From Eledone cirrhosa (taxonomy: Eukaryota), in the NCBI GenBank assembly GCA_964016885.1, contig OZ024740.1, positions 373,302,001 to 373,366,000 of the forward strand: a stretch of DNA of 64,000 nucleotides. The letters are read 5' to 3'. A program made the position numbers and the translations under genes. The notes beneath the pieces were generated by a model that saw only the letters and a program-made list of their open reading frames with translations, was not told the origin of the DNA and ran no database searches. Below are positions 27,838-43,284 of the stretch, in pieces; position 1 is the stretch's first letter, and each line of letters begins with the position of its first letter.

Positions 27838-28336
27838 ACATAAGGGTGCCACAGCTTAAGATCGGTGTGGTAGTCGGACCTTCGTAAATACCTGAAGATC
27901 CGTCTCGTCGTTGCTGTAGTGGAGTATGTGCTGCTGTGCTGGTCTGAGACATGGAGACTGACCAGGAAACTCACTCATATGGTGGATCGGTGCTACACGA
28001 GAATGCTAAGGATGGCTCTGGACATTAATCAGTATACACTGAGGATGAAGAATTCAGAGCTGTACGGGAGCCTCCCAAAAGTCAGCTCGAGAGTAGCCCA
28101 GAGGAGACTGAGGTTAGCTGGACATGTTCACCGACATGCAGAGTTTACACTGCACTCAATGCGCCTGTGGGAGCCCCTGCATGAACACACTGGAAGAGGA
28201 AGACCGAGGTTTACATACGTTAATCCACTAAGGACAGACACTGGTCTCTTGGAGACGCAGGACATGGCAGTGATGATGGGGGACAGAGACAGCTGGAGAG
28301 AACACGTCCATGGATCTTGGCAATTTTACCCGCCCT
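27838..28336 (+). mobile_element. RTE-clade LINE 3' fragment
   Basis: VEYVLLCWSETWRLT..VDRCYTRMLRMAL..RRLRLAGHVHRH..LWEP..GRGRP..DRDSWR is the typical RTE ORF C-terminus. Confidence 0.85.
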
Positions 28337-28359
28337 AGATATATAGGTGTGTGTGTGTG

Positions 28360-28493
<134 letters not shown>

Positions 28494-31215
28494 GGTAGAG
28501 ATCAGCAAAGTAAAGATATTGTAGAAAAATATAAGACGATGACGATATATATTAGTGTTACACTTGCGAACAATTCTCAACATTTTAGACGTTAATCCGT
28601 CATCGGAACATAGAATGCAACCTATAAGAAACAATAGATAGTATGAGTGTACGATAAGTACGGAACAGAAAATAAATGTGTATTAATCGGGGATTATACG
28701 CTTACATATATGTCTATGTGTGTGTGTTTGTGTGCGTACTTGTGTGTGCGTGTTTGTGTGGGTGTATGTTTTGTGTATGTATATATGTATGTATGCATTT
28801 AATCGTAACTACATTTATGAAATTGTTTTCTAAAGTTAGCTTTCGTTGATGTGTGAGGTTTTCAACGCTTAGGCATATGAAACGGTTCATTTGAATAAAT
28901 AACCTAAGATAGCTAATTATCCTACATTATCGAATCATCGAATACAGTATTCGTACTGTTTTCCCAACAAGTTTTGTTTCTAAGGTAAGATCAACATTAT
29001 GTAAAGACTTTTGTCTCACATGATATCATAGATTTCATCGTACCACCATGAAAATTTCATTTAATTAAAAAGAATTGATTTAACAGGTGTTTCAATTCAG
29101 TTACTTCAAAGTATGAAAGTTCCAGACACCTTCAAAACTGAACTATTAGTTGATGGAAACGTCAACTACTAGACAGTTTAAACTAATTTATTATGTCTTT
29201 CTAATTAGTTAACATTCGATTGTTTGTTAAGTCAATAATAACTATCCGATGTCATTACTCTGAATTACCTGTTCCAATGATAATTGAACAGAGGAACGTA
29301 TTTATTTCGTTTTCATGAAAATATTTAGCGTCACGCAAATCTCTCCCTGGGGATGTTTAAAATTGGCTTACAATTTGAGGTTAAATGGAGAGAATGCAAT
29401 CTCAAATTAATCTCTGAACTTGATAGGTGAGGGAAATTACTTTGTCATTGAATTCTAATGTGAAGAGATTCACATTTACCGAGAACATCATCCCGAGAGC
29501 AAAATACAATTTAAAGAGATAATTTACAAACACATACTCCAGGATTTAAACGTCATTGAATGTAGTGAAATCAGTGATTACTGAATCAATATAGATTGTA
29601 TTCACTGAATGAATAGTATAAAGTATACAGTGTTTAAAAAGAAAAGTGTATTATTGTTATTAGTATTATTTGTTGAGTTACTTATGCATGGTAATCAGTC
29701 AACATCAATTTATAAATATACTACGCCTCTGTAACATTCCAATATATCCCTATATTCGTTGTTATAATATAGTACTTTGTAAACAGGTTTTTGCAGCTAT
29801 CTACAAAAAGAGATGCCTATCTTCTCCAAAGCAATTTTATTACCTCATAGGATGTACGAATGCCAACGAAATCACTCTGTTAATGATGGCTTCTATAACA
29901 ATTCGCTATGTGTAAATAAGTATTTTATGAATAGAACATTCGCTAAAATAAATATTAGTGCCAGGCATAATCACCATTATAATGTGTGCCAAATCAAGGG
30001 TTTAATATTTATTTTCTGTTCACAATGAATTAAGAACCGACAATTATCTTCGATCGATGTATGATACATTTTCATTGTGTTTATCATCTTTTTCTATACA
30101 TAAATATATGTAACATGTTTCATTTAAATGCAACGTTTGTTGTTAATTTTGAGGAATGTAGCTAAGTTAAACATTCTCTCATAATATACTAACAGAAACG
30201 TTCATAATATTCCAGTGAACGCGTATGCTGTAAACTAGTTAAGTAAACCGATATAAAATTTCAAGTAACTCTAAAAGTTATGGTTCTTCATTCTTTTCTT
30301 CTGATAGTGTAGTTCCTCTATCGTCCCATGTGTGTGTGAGTATAATCAAATAAGCCGAAATGTTGATTAGCATGATGTTCCTTCAGGCAAAGACAATTTA
30401 GGACTCTAATTTCCAATATGTATTTCATATCTTTTAAGAATTCAAAGAAGGGTTTATGGATGCTGTGCTGCCTTTTAGCATAGCGAACAACAAAGAGTTC
30501 CCTCTCTCATTTGGTTAATTTTCTAGTATTTAATGTTGGTCGTGATATATTCCTTTGTGTGATTATTATCCACGGATTTCAACGTTGAAGCACTGTGGAA
30601 ACATCAGTATTAATTATGTGCATAATGGAGAATAAACGCAATGGAGTTGTAACCAATTAAGCTAAACTATTATCTAGGAATCCAAGCAGCATAGCGACTA
30701 CGTACACATTTAAAAATATAATCATTCTTTCAAAATGTCATTGAATTGTTTATGCTCTCTTGCCGTTAATATTGAAAGAGTCCGAAAACTCTATATTTAT
30801 AGGAAGGTTTACTTACCCTCAACATTTCTCGGTGGTAACAAACGAATAATAAGCGTATGCATATCGTCATTCATATCACTGTGATAATATTCGTATTATA
30901 TAATACTATGGAAATCGTTTAATTTACATAATTATGTTGTTAAAAATAATATTACACGAAAAAAAACATGCAATTGCATTGCGTAAGAATCCTTTTAGTC
31001 ATATAAACACAAATAATTTAAAATTCAAGTAACGCTTATCGTATAAGTTTCGTGTAGAACATGTCGCAATACACACACATACTCACACGCTCATACAAAG
31101 GCGCGCTCACCCCCCCCCCCACACGCGCGCGCACACACACACATATATACACACACGCACACACACACATACACACATTCATACACCTGTATATATATAT
31201 ATATAGAGAGAGAGA

Positions 31216-31578
31216 GCGGGTAAAATTCCCGAAATCCATGGACAAGTTCTCTCTAGCGGTCTCTGGCCCTCGTCATCGTTGTCATGTCCTCCGTCTCCAA
31301 GAGACTTGTTTCTGTCCTTAGGGGATCAACAAATGTCAACATCGGTCTCCCTCTTCTAGTGTGTCCGTTGAGGGGCTCCGACAAGAAAACTGAGTGCAGT
31401 GTCAACTTTGTGTGTCCGTGCATGTCCAGCTTAACTTAGTCTCCTCTGTGTTACTTTCGAGCTGACTTTTGGGAGAATCCTGTACAAATCTGAGATCTTC
31501 ATCCTCAGTGTATTCTGATTAATGTTCAGAGCCACCCTTAGTATTCTTGTGTAGCACCCATCCACCATCTGAGTGACT
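31216..31578 (-). mobile_element. RTE-clade LINE 3' fragment, same family as 27838-28336
   Basis: MVDGCYTRILRVALNINQNTLRMK..LPKVSSKVTQRRL, with the same 3' end CCATGGAT..GGNAATTTTACCCGC. Confidence 0.85.
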
Positions 31579-31637
31579 GACATTATGCTATATATATACA
31601 TTAGGCCACGTGCCTCCACACCCCCACATACATACGT

Positions 31638-31717
<80 letters not shown>

Positions 31718-31863
31718 GGATATGTGTTCCTTCACGCACAAGGCGCTAAGGGACGCATGTATTGTCCAACCAAATGCCAATGTGGTTCAATGGCAGGTTA
31801 ATAAATTAACGAGCCAGAACATATATAAACAAGGTTTAGCAAAATATATGTGTGTATGTATGT

Positions 31864-32146
31864 GGTGGTACGTCACCTAGTGCTAAGGGTGTTGGACGTA
31901 CGATTGTTATGTGGTCAGTTCGAATCCTGGGTTGCGTTTTGTGTTCTTGAGCAAAACACTTCATTTCACGTTGCACAAATATACACTGCTGAAAATGAGT
32001 ACCAGCAATAACTGGGTATTTATCCCTGCGGTAGACTGGCGTCCTGGCAAGGGGGCAGTCTTCTACTCTCAGTCGCTTCACGCCATGAAACCGGGGTTAG
32101 CACCAGCCAAATGAGCCTTCTGGCTTAAGACAAACTTTAGACTTTA
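31864..32146 (+). mobile_element. tRNA-derived SINE, second family
   Basis: B-box AGTTCGAATCC, CORE-like TGTGTTCTTGAGCAAAACACTT, AAAATGAGTACC and an (ACTTTA)-type tail. Confidence 0.7.
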
Positions 32147-32959
32147 TATATATGTAAACAATCATCATAGTTGAAGCTCAAATGTTCGAAATTGCAAAAC
32201 GCCGGGGAAATAAATTTATAAGATGGAGGATCCTCTGAAAAAACTAACTGTAATTGCGTGTGAAAACATGCGTGTGTGCACGTGTTTGTGTGTGTCTATT
32301 ATCTCTACTGTGCAGTAAAAATGTGAAATGATTTTTTCCAAGTGTTTTCTATAAAATAATTTATAAATTTGTAAATATAAAAAGCGAAAGAGTAGCGTAT
32401 GTGGGAACAAATTCTACACAGAAATCGTATGTTTTATGAGACATTTTTACAATACACGACAGATTAAGTGAAATAGTTTAAGATAATTTGGATGAACAGT
32501 AATCCTGAAAGTATTACGCTTAAAACCAAATGTGGCATGCACATAATTTAAGTCTGTATCTCTAGCTTAAATAACAAGTTGCTATTGCCTACTAACGTTT
32601 TTCAAAATATTCCAGAATTCTACCAAATCAAAACTATGGGAACATCATATATCAACAAGTAGCAACTTTAATCTTCGGTAATGCAAACAAGGGATTAAAA
32701 AACTGTTATGGAGAATCTCATAGCGGACATTCTAATTACATCTCTTAATATACATTTTATTTTGAAATGAGAATAAGCTTCGAACAACATAGATATATAA
32801 ATATGTACATATACGCACGCCCGCACACATACACACCAACACACCAACCCACACGTATTGCTACCAACACACCAACCCACACGTATTGCTACCAACACAC
32901 ACACACATACACGCGCACACACACATACACATGTATATATATATAAATATATGTATGCA

Positions 32960-33580
<621 letters not shown>

Positions 33581-33767
33581 TATATATATATATGTATACA
33601 TATATACATACATATATATATTTTTTTCTTTTTCACTGTGGTCTACCCTTGGTGGTAGGGTCCGTAGCGAAGATAGTACTCAATATAATCTCATGGCGAA
33701 TAATCCAGTGAAATCCATAAATGCTTCCGTACTCCGCTGAGTTAATTCCTTAGATACAGAGTTAGAT

Positions 33768-34107
33768 ATTAGGTATCAAATTAACAATGAAAATAATAAC
33801 AAAGTCGAGTTATTTGGCCTATTCATATCATTGGTTGACGATCGTTTCGGAGGGTTGATCATATTGGCATATTGTCTAATCTATAACAGTTATATAACTG
33901 TATACTATCAAACCTCATATATAGATCCGCAGATGACGGCCGGATCGAACCTATGTGTGAGTTCTGATAGTTTACAGTTATATATCTGCTATAGATCAGA
34001 CAATATGTAAATATGTTCTACTCTCCGAAACGATCGTAAAGCAACGATATGAATAGGTCAAATAACTCGACTTTGTTATTATTTTTATTGTTAAATTAAT
34101 ACCTAAT
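33768..34107. repeat. Imperfect 340-bp fold-back
   Basis: 33768-33902 pairs with 33973-34107, and pairing continues inward. The arms contain CGAAACGATCGT. Confidence 0.8.
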
Positions 34108-34129
34108 ATAAATATGGTAAGATGTAGGG

Positions 34130-34400
34130 AGTTGAAGGCGCATCATATTGACATATGGCGTTTCTTGTGACATCTAAGCCTGATAGTGCCCATGACCTCT
34201 GCAGGCCTGAGTACAAAATATTTCTTCCAGAGGAGGATAGAGAGTGAGAGAAAGGTAGAGAGAAGGAGATACAGCGGAAGAATCAATGCCAGTACTAGTC
34301 TAGTACTTTATTATTGACTTCGAATGGATGGATGGCTAAGTTTACCTCGGCATCAATTGAGGGAGCAAAGAACCAGAATTAATAGCACGAATACTTGTTT
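34130..34400 (-). mobile_element. Diverged SINE-like repeat
   Basis: Similar to 36430-36737 (CAGG.CTGA.TACA..ATTTCTTCCAG..GGATAG.GAGAGTGA..CCAGTACTAG.CTAGTA) with a decayed S1-type core. Confidence 0.5.
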
Positions 34401-34488
34401 TCTTGTTCTAATCACTCTAATGCTAATTCATCGCCACTATACATGTACATATACGCACGTTCACACTCGCCCACACATATGCGTCTAC

Positions 34489-34567
<79 letters not shown>

Positions 34568-36429
34568 GGCGCCTAGGTTTTACAACCCGTCAAACGGCAA
34601 ATTATTAAGTACGGCGTTGCTTATCCTCGTGAATAAGTGATATTTTCAATGTGATATAGCCGTACAAATAGCATGTCAGAACTAAATCCATACGTTATGC
34701 ACTCAGTACTTAAATATGGTTGTGTTGAATTACATTGTGGGGGAATGTGTGAGTGATTGTGTGAAACATTTCTATCGGTATATAATTGATTTAAATTCCG
34801 CACTATGTGGATTAAAAAACCTCTGAGAGTATTACGCCATTTCTCGATCCTGTGTTGCCTAATTAAATAGAGAAATGCACATATGTCAACTTGTGTCAAT
34901 TCATTCACCCAAAAATAATGTTTGAAAGAAATCAATTGGAGCTTCATTCCTGTATACACCCGAATTTGTTGTGTAAATACATAGGGAATTGCAATCAGAT
35001 CATACATCATGATTCCAAATGCTAAAATCACTCATCAATGTCTGATATTTTGGGAATATTTTTAATTGCTTGTCAATCTCGAACGAAAATTTGAAATTAT
35101 TTTCATATACCAATCAATTCCAGTACAGGCCTGTGTTATTTATAGCAAGAGTGTATATATTCCTGACAGATGAAATATATTGTGGTGATTACTTATGTCC
35201 CTCAACATTCTGTTTTCATATACAGTCAATAACGAATTAGGCCTTACACATTTCCCCCTATATGTCACTATGTATTTATGTTGGAAAACAATAATTGTTA
35301 TTCAAGATGGCTGCTCTATCAAGAGGAACAGGAGGGCATGTGACAAAATGCTCTACGATACTTACTTCCGAAATCAGATACTGGTGAATTCAGCGTTACC
35401 AATTGATAAAAGAATACTGTTTAGTTAACTAAATCGGTTGATTCGACTACACTCGTGATTTGACGTTTATATTATTGTTAAAAATTTAGGAATCAATATG
35501 ACGGTGTTGCTTTTTCTGTAGAATAGATCTACCTGATAGGCAAATGTTTCTTCATTTAAATAATATCTTTGCATGTTCTTTGTCACAACGTATTCTCAAC
35601 TCATATATGACAATTAAAATTGAGCAATTGGGTTCGCTATGACGAATAATCGTTCTATCTCATACATTTTCAAAAATAAATATGTTACTAGTAATTTCAA
35701 ATTAACAAATGCAGTATAGCAATTATTTTCTGAAACTATTTTGTTAATTATTGTCTCCTGTGTAATTTTAGGATATGTAGTTGATTATGTATGAATTAAG
35801 AAAAAAAGACATGTTTAGAGTTAAGAAAAGGAAACGTTACACGAATTTTCGATAATATTAATAGTCGAGTTTTGTTCATAAAGATATTCACTAAAAAACT
35901 TAGAAATGGCTAGTAAGGTATTAAATTAGATATACGTTCTACATGCTAAAACAATGAATGAAACAACATGAAACAAATATAAAAGCAGATAAAAACATTA
36001 GAAACAAAAGATCGAAAATGCCGATTACATCATACACCAGATATTTCCGCATAAATTACTGCGTTGGTAAAATATAACCAAATTTAAATAAATTGGAGAA
36101 ATATGTTTGCATTATAATCAAATTCTATTTTCTCTTTCCCCTACATTCTTGCATTTTCAGTAACATGGAAATATTTGATTAACTGACAAATAATGTGTCA
36201 TATGATGATTTGGAATTTGATTGTTTTGATTGGAAAATACATAGCAGAGTTTGAAATATATATTCATTAAGAATAAACACTAACATAACAGTAAAATTGC
36301 CTTTCTTGGGCTGTCACTCCACATAAATTGAACTGCATGTCAGCCCAAGCAATCAACAACAAACTTGCAACTAATTTAAACTCCTTCCTTAATACAACAT
36401 ATATATGCATAGTCCCGTTAACTCGTGGA

Positions 36430-36737
36430 GAATCGTAGGGGAACCGTAGTGATATGAGGCTTTCTACGACATTTTAAAACCTGGAGGAGACCATTCCCTC
36501 TCCAGGTCTGAATACATCAGATTTCTTCCAGGCAAGGATAGGGAGAGTGAAAGAATGGAAGTGTGAAAGAGACCCAGAAGAAGAATTGGTCCCAGTACTA
36601 GACTAGTATTTTTGTGATCGACTTTCAATGGATGAAAGGCAACGTTTATCCAGGTCGGTTTTTAATTGAGAGAGCAGAGAAAGAATACTGCAAAGAATTC
36701 TATTCGACGTTCTAACAACTCTAGCAATTTGCCGCCT
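36430..36737 (-). mobile_element. Diverged SINE-like repeat
   Basis: Contains GGATGAAAGGCAA core and TCTAGCAATTTGCCGCC head; matches 34130-34400. Confidence 0.55.
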
Positions 36738-39700
36738 ATAAACAAACACCTAGTTTCAAAAGTCATCTAAACGTTGCTATTGCTCGCTATTTGCATTATC
36801 TTCTCACGATGTATCACTTGCAATATCAGTTATGATACATTTTATATTACAAAATATTTACTTGAAACTATTGCTGATTTATGTGCAATATTATTTACTT
36901 AGATATATGCTTCTGTGTTGAATACTGCAACGTGATGTCTATTTTATTTATAATGCAGTTAAGTTCTGAAATAGAATTTGGTTACATTATCAGAGACGTT
37001 GCTACTACATAATATCGTTATTCTTCTAATAAATAATGTACGAGTTTCTGCATTAGAAGAGAAATTATCAGGAATCTTATAGTACCTTAATTTTTTTACT
37101 AGAAATATTTGTTTTGTCTAGACTTTTATTCAAAATAGAAATGGTTCTTCATTGAGGATATTTATATCACGCTTCTGACTATAATTAAATTACTCTTTCC
37201 AGGAAGGCACATTTATTAATGAAGTGGAGGAAATAATAATTCCTATTGCTTCAAATTTTAGGCGGTCTTTACAATTCTATATGAAACCAATTTGAATAAT
37301 ATCTTCTTCACACACAAGATGGAGAGATTTATCTAGAATGATAGAGATTTAAGATAAAACTTAAAAAGCCGTTTCGTAGCTACGGTTACTGAATATAATT
37401 TGACATGTGCCATATCAGTCTAAATGTTTCTCAATTCCTCTTTCATCTACTTTTAAAGTACGTTATCTTATCTTTTATTATCAATTCTCTTTATATATAT
37501 ATATCTTCAGTGAGACAATCCAGGCAGCAGAGAAATTGAATTATTATACACTTCTTTCTTTGTCTATACACTCATTTATAAAATGAACATTTAGATTTTA
37601 TAATATCAATCTGCTGTCTTCGCTTACACGCGAAGATTATTTAAAATGTCTTGCTTCATTTGAATATTTGAATGAATGGAACATGGATAACTATGATTAC
37701 ACTACAATGTATGGGATATAATAAACCGAGATACTTCATTTGAATGCTTAGCTACTCGTATTAATGTCTCAATTGCTTACATCCAATATATCATGATATA
37801 TATATATATATTTACCTGTGTTTAAATAAGCAAAGGTAGTTAATACTGATGGCGTGATGCTAGTAAAACAGGAAACAAAATCATATGTTGTTACTCCTAC
37901 AACTTAACAGTTGCCAAACCAAGTATAAATGAATGTGAAATATATCTGATATTTAACATTGTTTATAGTAGTATGCGGTATAAGTGTACAGAGAAATAAT
38001 TGAAATAATTCATGCTAAGGGTACTGGGATTTAGATTTCTACAAAAGTCATTACAAATATTTCACGTTTCGTTGGATGAACCAACAAAGTATCAGCTATT
38101 CGTATTTTGTTTATTGGCAAACCGACTTCTTCATACTTTGTATAGGTATAGGAGCAGGATGCATTTTACAGACTTCATAAATATTACCTTCTATCAAAAT
38201 TACAGATGCAGCTAAGCTCGTTGTTATATTGTATAATGCAGAAACGATTATGGAGTATATGATATTGCCATACATTTTCCTATTGTTGTTTAACCCCACA
38301 GAGTAAATACATGTCATATCTAATGCGCATATGCTGTTTATGATATCTGTTGTATTTGACATATAGATATATAGATGATACGATTGACTTCATAAGTATA
38401 TATTACAAATGAATCATATCCACCGCAGTATTGAAAGGACTAAATATCACCTTAACACGTTATCAAAATTGGGTTTTAGCTGAATACGTAAAAGTATCCA
38501 TTTATATGACACAGGAAATATCCTCAAAATGAAAAGGTGATATATTTCAAAATATTGTTTAGTATTAGATTGAGGCCAACATACGAATATAGTAACGCAT
38601 ATTGTGGGAATAATTTTATTCTCCATTTTACAGTTTTATGATGTCCCAAAGTTATTATATATATATTTAGAATACTATATTCTCACAAATATTTTCTGGG
38701 ATTGTAATACGTATATGTATTACGGCTTAGCTATTATATACAGCTTACAAATTCAAACAATAATACATCTATATCCAAGACAGAACGAGATTATGTCTGA
38801 ATACTAAACTACACTTTTGCTGACATGTTGTCAATAAGACAACTTAACCGACCAAGATTGAATTATATACTACTTTTCCTATCACCTTTAGTGCCAGGCG
38901 CCGCATTAGTGCACTAGCTGTCAGCCTTAAGAACATTTGTGGTGTTTTAGTTTTAAAACGCATCTGTTGACACCGCATAACTTGACAGTTCATATTGCAC
39001 AATTATAAAAATTAGTTTTCTAAATGAGAGCCACATGAATGGTTTTTCTATGATCGCAAACTGTTATACATTTACTGGTGAAATCCTCAAGAGTAAATAA
39101 ATATCTGTCGATATTTACGTCTCTAAAGGATCTATCTATGCACACACCTGAATCCCCATGTAGTTACCTAATCTGTCAAAATCAACGATTATATTAAATA
39201 TTAATACCTGTAATGTAATACTCATCTCAAGACGACAGCAGGTGTAATCTCGAATGTTTGTAGCATCTACAGATAAAGAGTATACCAGGTTGGTCTTTCT
39301 TATGATGCACCAACACAAATTCCAATAACTTGTCTTTTTCTCTCTGAACAAATTTAACTCTCTGTACATCATAGAAAGTTACACTTATAGTATGCTACAT
39401 TAATACAACTGCTAAACAATGACCCTGTTAATTTCCTGCAAAACATGAATACATATATCATAGAGCACCAGCTTAACAAAATGTAACTCTTTGAACGTTT
39501 TGTATACCATATATTTGCATATAACATTTTCACCAGAGATAAAGAAACTGCTACCGATAAACACTCATGTAATTCGTAGTTGCTTACATTATATATATAA
39601 AAACATATTCTAACAACATTGTAAGTTAAACATTAAGCTGCGATAACATCGTATCTCTGTATATCTAACTTATTAAAATTCGTCTTGTTATCTTTACCTT

Positions 39701-40319
39701 GAAAAACAGATAAGAATGTGTGAAACCACACAGGCTCTTTAAACCAATGCAAAGGAATTCCAACTAATTTGAGTAATTTGAATTTAGAATCTACGTTGCT
39801 CAATGTTAACGTGTTCAGCTGTATATACAATTGTATCTGTATATGTTTATGCAAACATATAAATCTATACTTCGTATGTACTGCTTGGCGTCCGTTGTTA
39901 TATTTATGGTCTTGGATATGTAAAATGGACATCATCCATGATTAGTAACATCAACAAATCTGAAAATCATATTATGACGTTCATTGTAAACTAGAAGCCA
40001 TATACCAAATGTAGATCTACTAGAATTTGCTAAAATAGTGCCTAAGAAACCCTTTGGTTACGTAAAACGTTCACAAAAAGTAATTTCTAACATTTTCATG
40101 AATGTTTGATTCGGGATGAAGAAATAACGGCATGCCATAAAGTCAGTGGCGAAACAATGATTCTCAGCTTCGGACTTAAGAATCATTCGGTTTCCTAAAT
40201 AGAATATTAGTCTAATGAATCCATTTAAACCGTAAACGTGGTTTTGTCTTTGCGTGTAATTGTCCTCATCTCTCCACATAACGTCGTATTATCTTCGCTT
40301 TTTGTCCGTTCATTACCAG

Positions 40320-40475
40320 GAAACCTCTTCACGAACCAAAGTATATCGTCTTCCTGTTTTGCTTCGATTGCAACGTTTTTTCGAAATATTTACTTCTGCG
40401 TCTACAGATTAACTTTTATTTAGTTTCAGAAAATACCGTTAAAGGTGAAAGCCGCTTTGCTTAAACTTTAATATG
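40320..40475. repeat. Inverted copy of internal sequence of the putative Helitron
   Basis: Reverse complement of about 53080-53215 (ATTAAAGTTTAAGCAAAG..TATTTCGAAAAACGTTGCAA..AAAACAGGAAGACGATA..CTTTGGTTCGTGAAG). Confidence 0.7.
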
Positions 40476-40564
40476 GTATTTTAATAAATATTTGGTCTAT
40501 GGTTTTTATATATACAATCCTTATCAGGTCCTCTTTAGATTTTAGTCTTCACGTTTATTATTAT

Positions 40565-40650
<86 letters not shown>

Positions 40651-40819
40651 CATCGAGCTTTCAGATTAAGATCTTTGTTGGTTACACATATTTACAGAGA
40701 TGGGTTGTTCAGGATCTATAGAAATGCTTAAACACGACTCCAGATCGATCTGCTTATAACCATCCTTATTCAAGAAAACCACAATCTGTCGAAGACCATA
40801 TATATATATATATATACAT

Positions 40820-40877
<58 letters not shown>

Positions 40878-40979
40878 CGAAGGAAATATGGTAAGGAACC
40901 AGGTGGACCATAACGCACCAAAGTACAGAATTAGCCGTCGAAACGGCTTGAGCTCAGCCGTCGGGGTCTTACTTGTTCC

Positions 40980-40982
<3 letters not shown>
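40878..40982. mobile_element. Family D micro inverted pair (tail on minus, half HHR on plus)
   Basis: 40880-40926 is the reverse complement of tail 7887-7928. 40927-40982 is the plus-strand HHR 3' half GAAACGGCT-tgagctc-AGCCGTC-GGGG. Confidence 0.7.
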
Positions 40983-41010
<28 letters not shown>

Positions 41011-43284
41011 GTATATATATATTTGTGTGTGTGTGTGCATATGTTTGTGTGTGCGTGTATGTATATAATCACCGACAGACACAGCAGCGTACATGTGTCT
41101 GTGTGTGTGTGCGTGTGTGTGCGTGTGCATATGTGTGTGTTTGTAACTATTGATATATAACATATAGTACAATATTTGAACCTACACACGTTTAACTTTC
41201 TACAAAGACTTCCTGATAATAAATTTCACAAGTAGTGCCCACATCATGACACGATTCAATATTGCTAATGATTTATTGCACATTCCATTATTTAATACAC
41301 CTCATCATTTGCATATGTCACTGATAGCAAAGAATACTTATCTAAAGCAGTAAATTTCGAGTTTTCCGAAGCTAACATTAATTCAGCGAGTACATTGAAA
41401 ATAATTTTCGAAAACAGTTACTAACTTCTGTCATGTCGTCTTAATGAACATCTGAAACATATTGCTATTGATATTTTTTGCAATTCGAAATGTTAGTTTT
41501 ATTAGATTATATCATAAAAATACACAAGCATATATCATACCATTCGGTACAATTAATAATGAAGCTTTAAGGTTTCTTCCTGGAAGATATGCATTCAACC
41601 AGTCTCAAATCATCAGTTGGAGAAATAAACGAGCTACATATAATGGAATGCCAATCTGTGTTGAGTTGGCAAACACATTCGTTTAATAAATTTACATAAT
41701 ATATATGAAACTTATAAAATAGTTACTGAAATACGATTTTGCTGGCTATTAGAACGTCAAAGAGAATCTATATGGTATTCGATACGCTCACGAGGCAACC
41801 TTTTTTTACTAAAATGTAACTTAAATGTGGAGGATAGAAATAATGTGTATATGTATGGACGAATAAGGAGAAACACAAGCTAGTTACTTATATTATATGG
41901 TAAGAAAAAGATGATATATATCGGGCAAATAGTAACAATGGTAGAGTATATTTATGTAAATGGTTGATAAAGTGCTTTAAAATATGAATCGGAAACGAAT
42001 GCGTGGCATGAGAATGACTAAAACATATATTACGTGAATATATAAATAGAATTGGAGAGAAAAAGGAAATGTTGAGACGACATTTTTTAAAGAAAATATA
42101 GGTAGAACTCCAATAAAGAAACACCAAGTAGCATATCAAATATTCGTAACCAAAAAAATAATTTAACACATATATAATTGCAACAAGATTACCCATAAAT
42201 TCATCAATTTCATTTAGTATATGTTCTATATTAATCTCAAATAAGCGCCTTCGTAAAATAATGAAAAAAATGTTTCAAGCTATCTGGACGTGTGATGAAA
42301 GGATTGCTCTTCAACAAAGAAAGTTCTGATTGGTGTTAAACAATAGTTTTTTCTGAATAACCAGCGTATCAATATGCTGATTGCTGGCGATAATACAAAG
42401 AATATCTACTGAACATACTATTTCAGTAATCAAAATTTTTGGTTTCAGAATTGTGAATATTACATTCGGAAATGTTCTATTTAATGAAGGCAATGAAATC
42501 TATAGCCAAACCTAAATGCATCCAAATTTACACAATTTTTTTTAAAAAAGTAGACAAGCACACGCAAACTTAAAAAGATAGGCAACAGATTCTAAACGTG
42601 AAGTATAACAACAAAATAGATTTTGACGAAACATAACATATAGCAAGCCACACGCCATATATATTTCACCCTTCTTCTCTATTTTGTATATATGCGTACA
42701 CACATACATACATTCATACATACATGCATGCATACCCCTGTCTATATATATATATATATATATTGAGAGAGAGAGAAATTCCTTCTACCGTACCATTCGT
42801 ATGAAAATGATCATTCATGATGATCTAATGAATGACGATTTCATTTAGTGTTATCCAAGTCATTTCTACATGCATAAAATATGCTTATTCGCTACTAACT
42901 TTCTTAATATCTTGGTTGCATGTAACTATGTCCCAGTCCCCTTCGGGATTCAATCATCATTTATATATATATAATCCGGCCATTATTCGCCCTTATACAG
43001 GAAACTGACTGACCCAGTCTGCAGATATGCAGATCTGACTGATCAGCCAGTCTGCTAATATGGAAATCAGGCCGATCAGTCACTCTATACTCTTTACTAA
43101 TAAAAAAACGTATATTTTCACTAGCTCTGAGAATTTCCAGCTGAACGGTAAATTGTACTGATGAAGGGTAATATGCAGTTCTGTTTAAATGCCAGATGAG
43201 ACCCAATCATTGCAATGCTCATCACTTAGCCATAATAAATGAATATTTAAACTCTAATTCGTTATTGACTTTTGGGGCCCGAGA

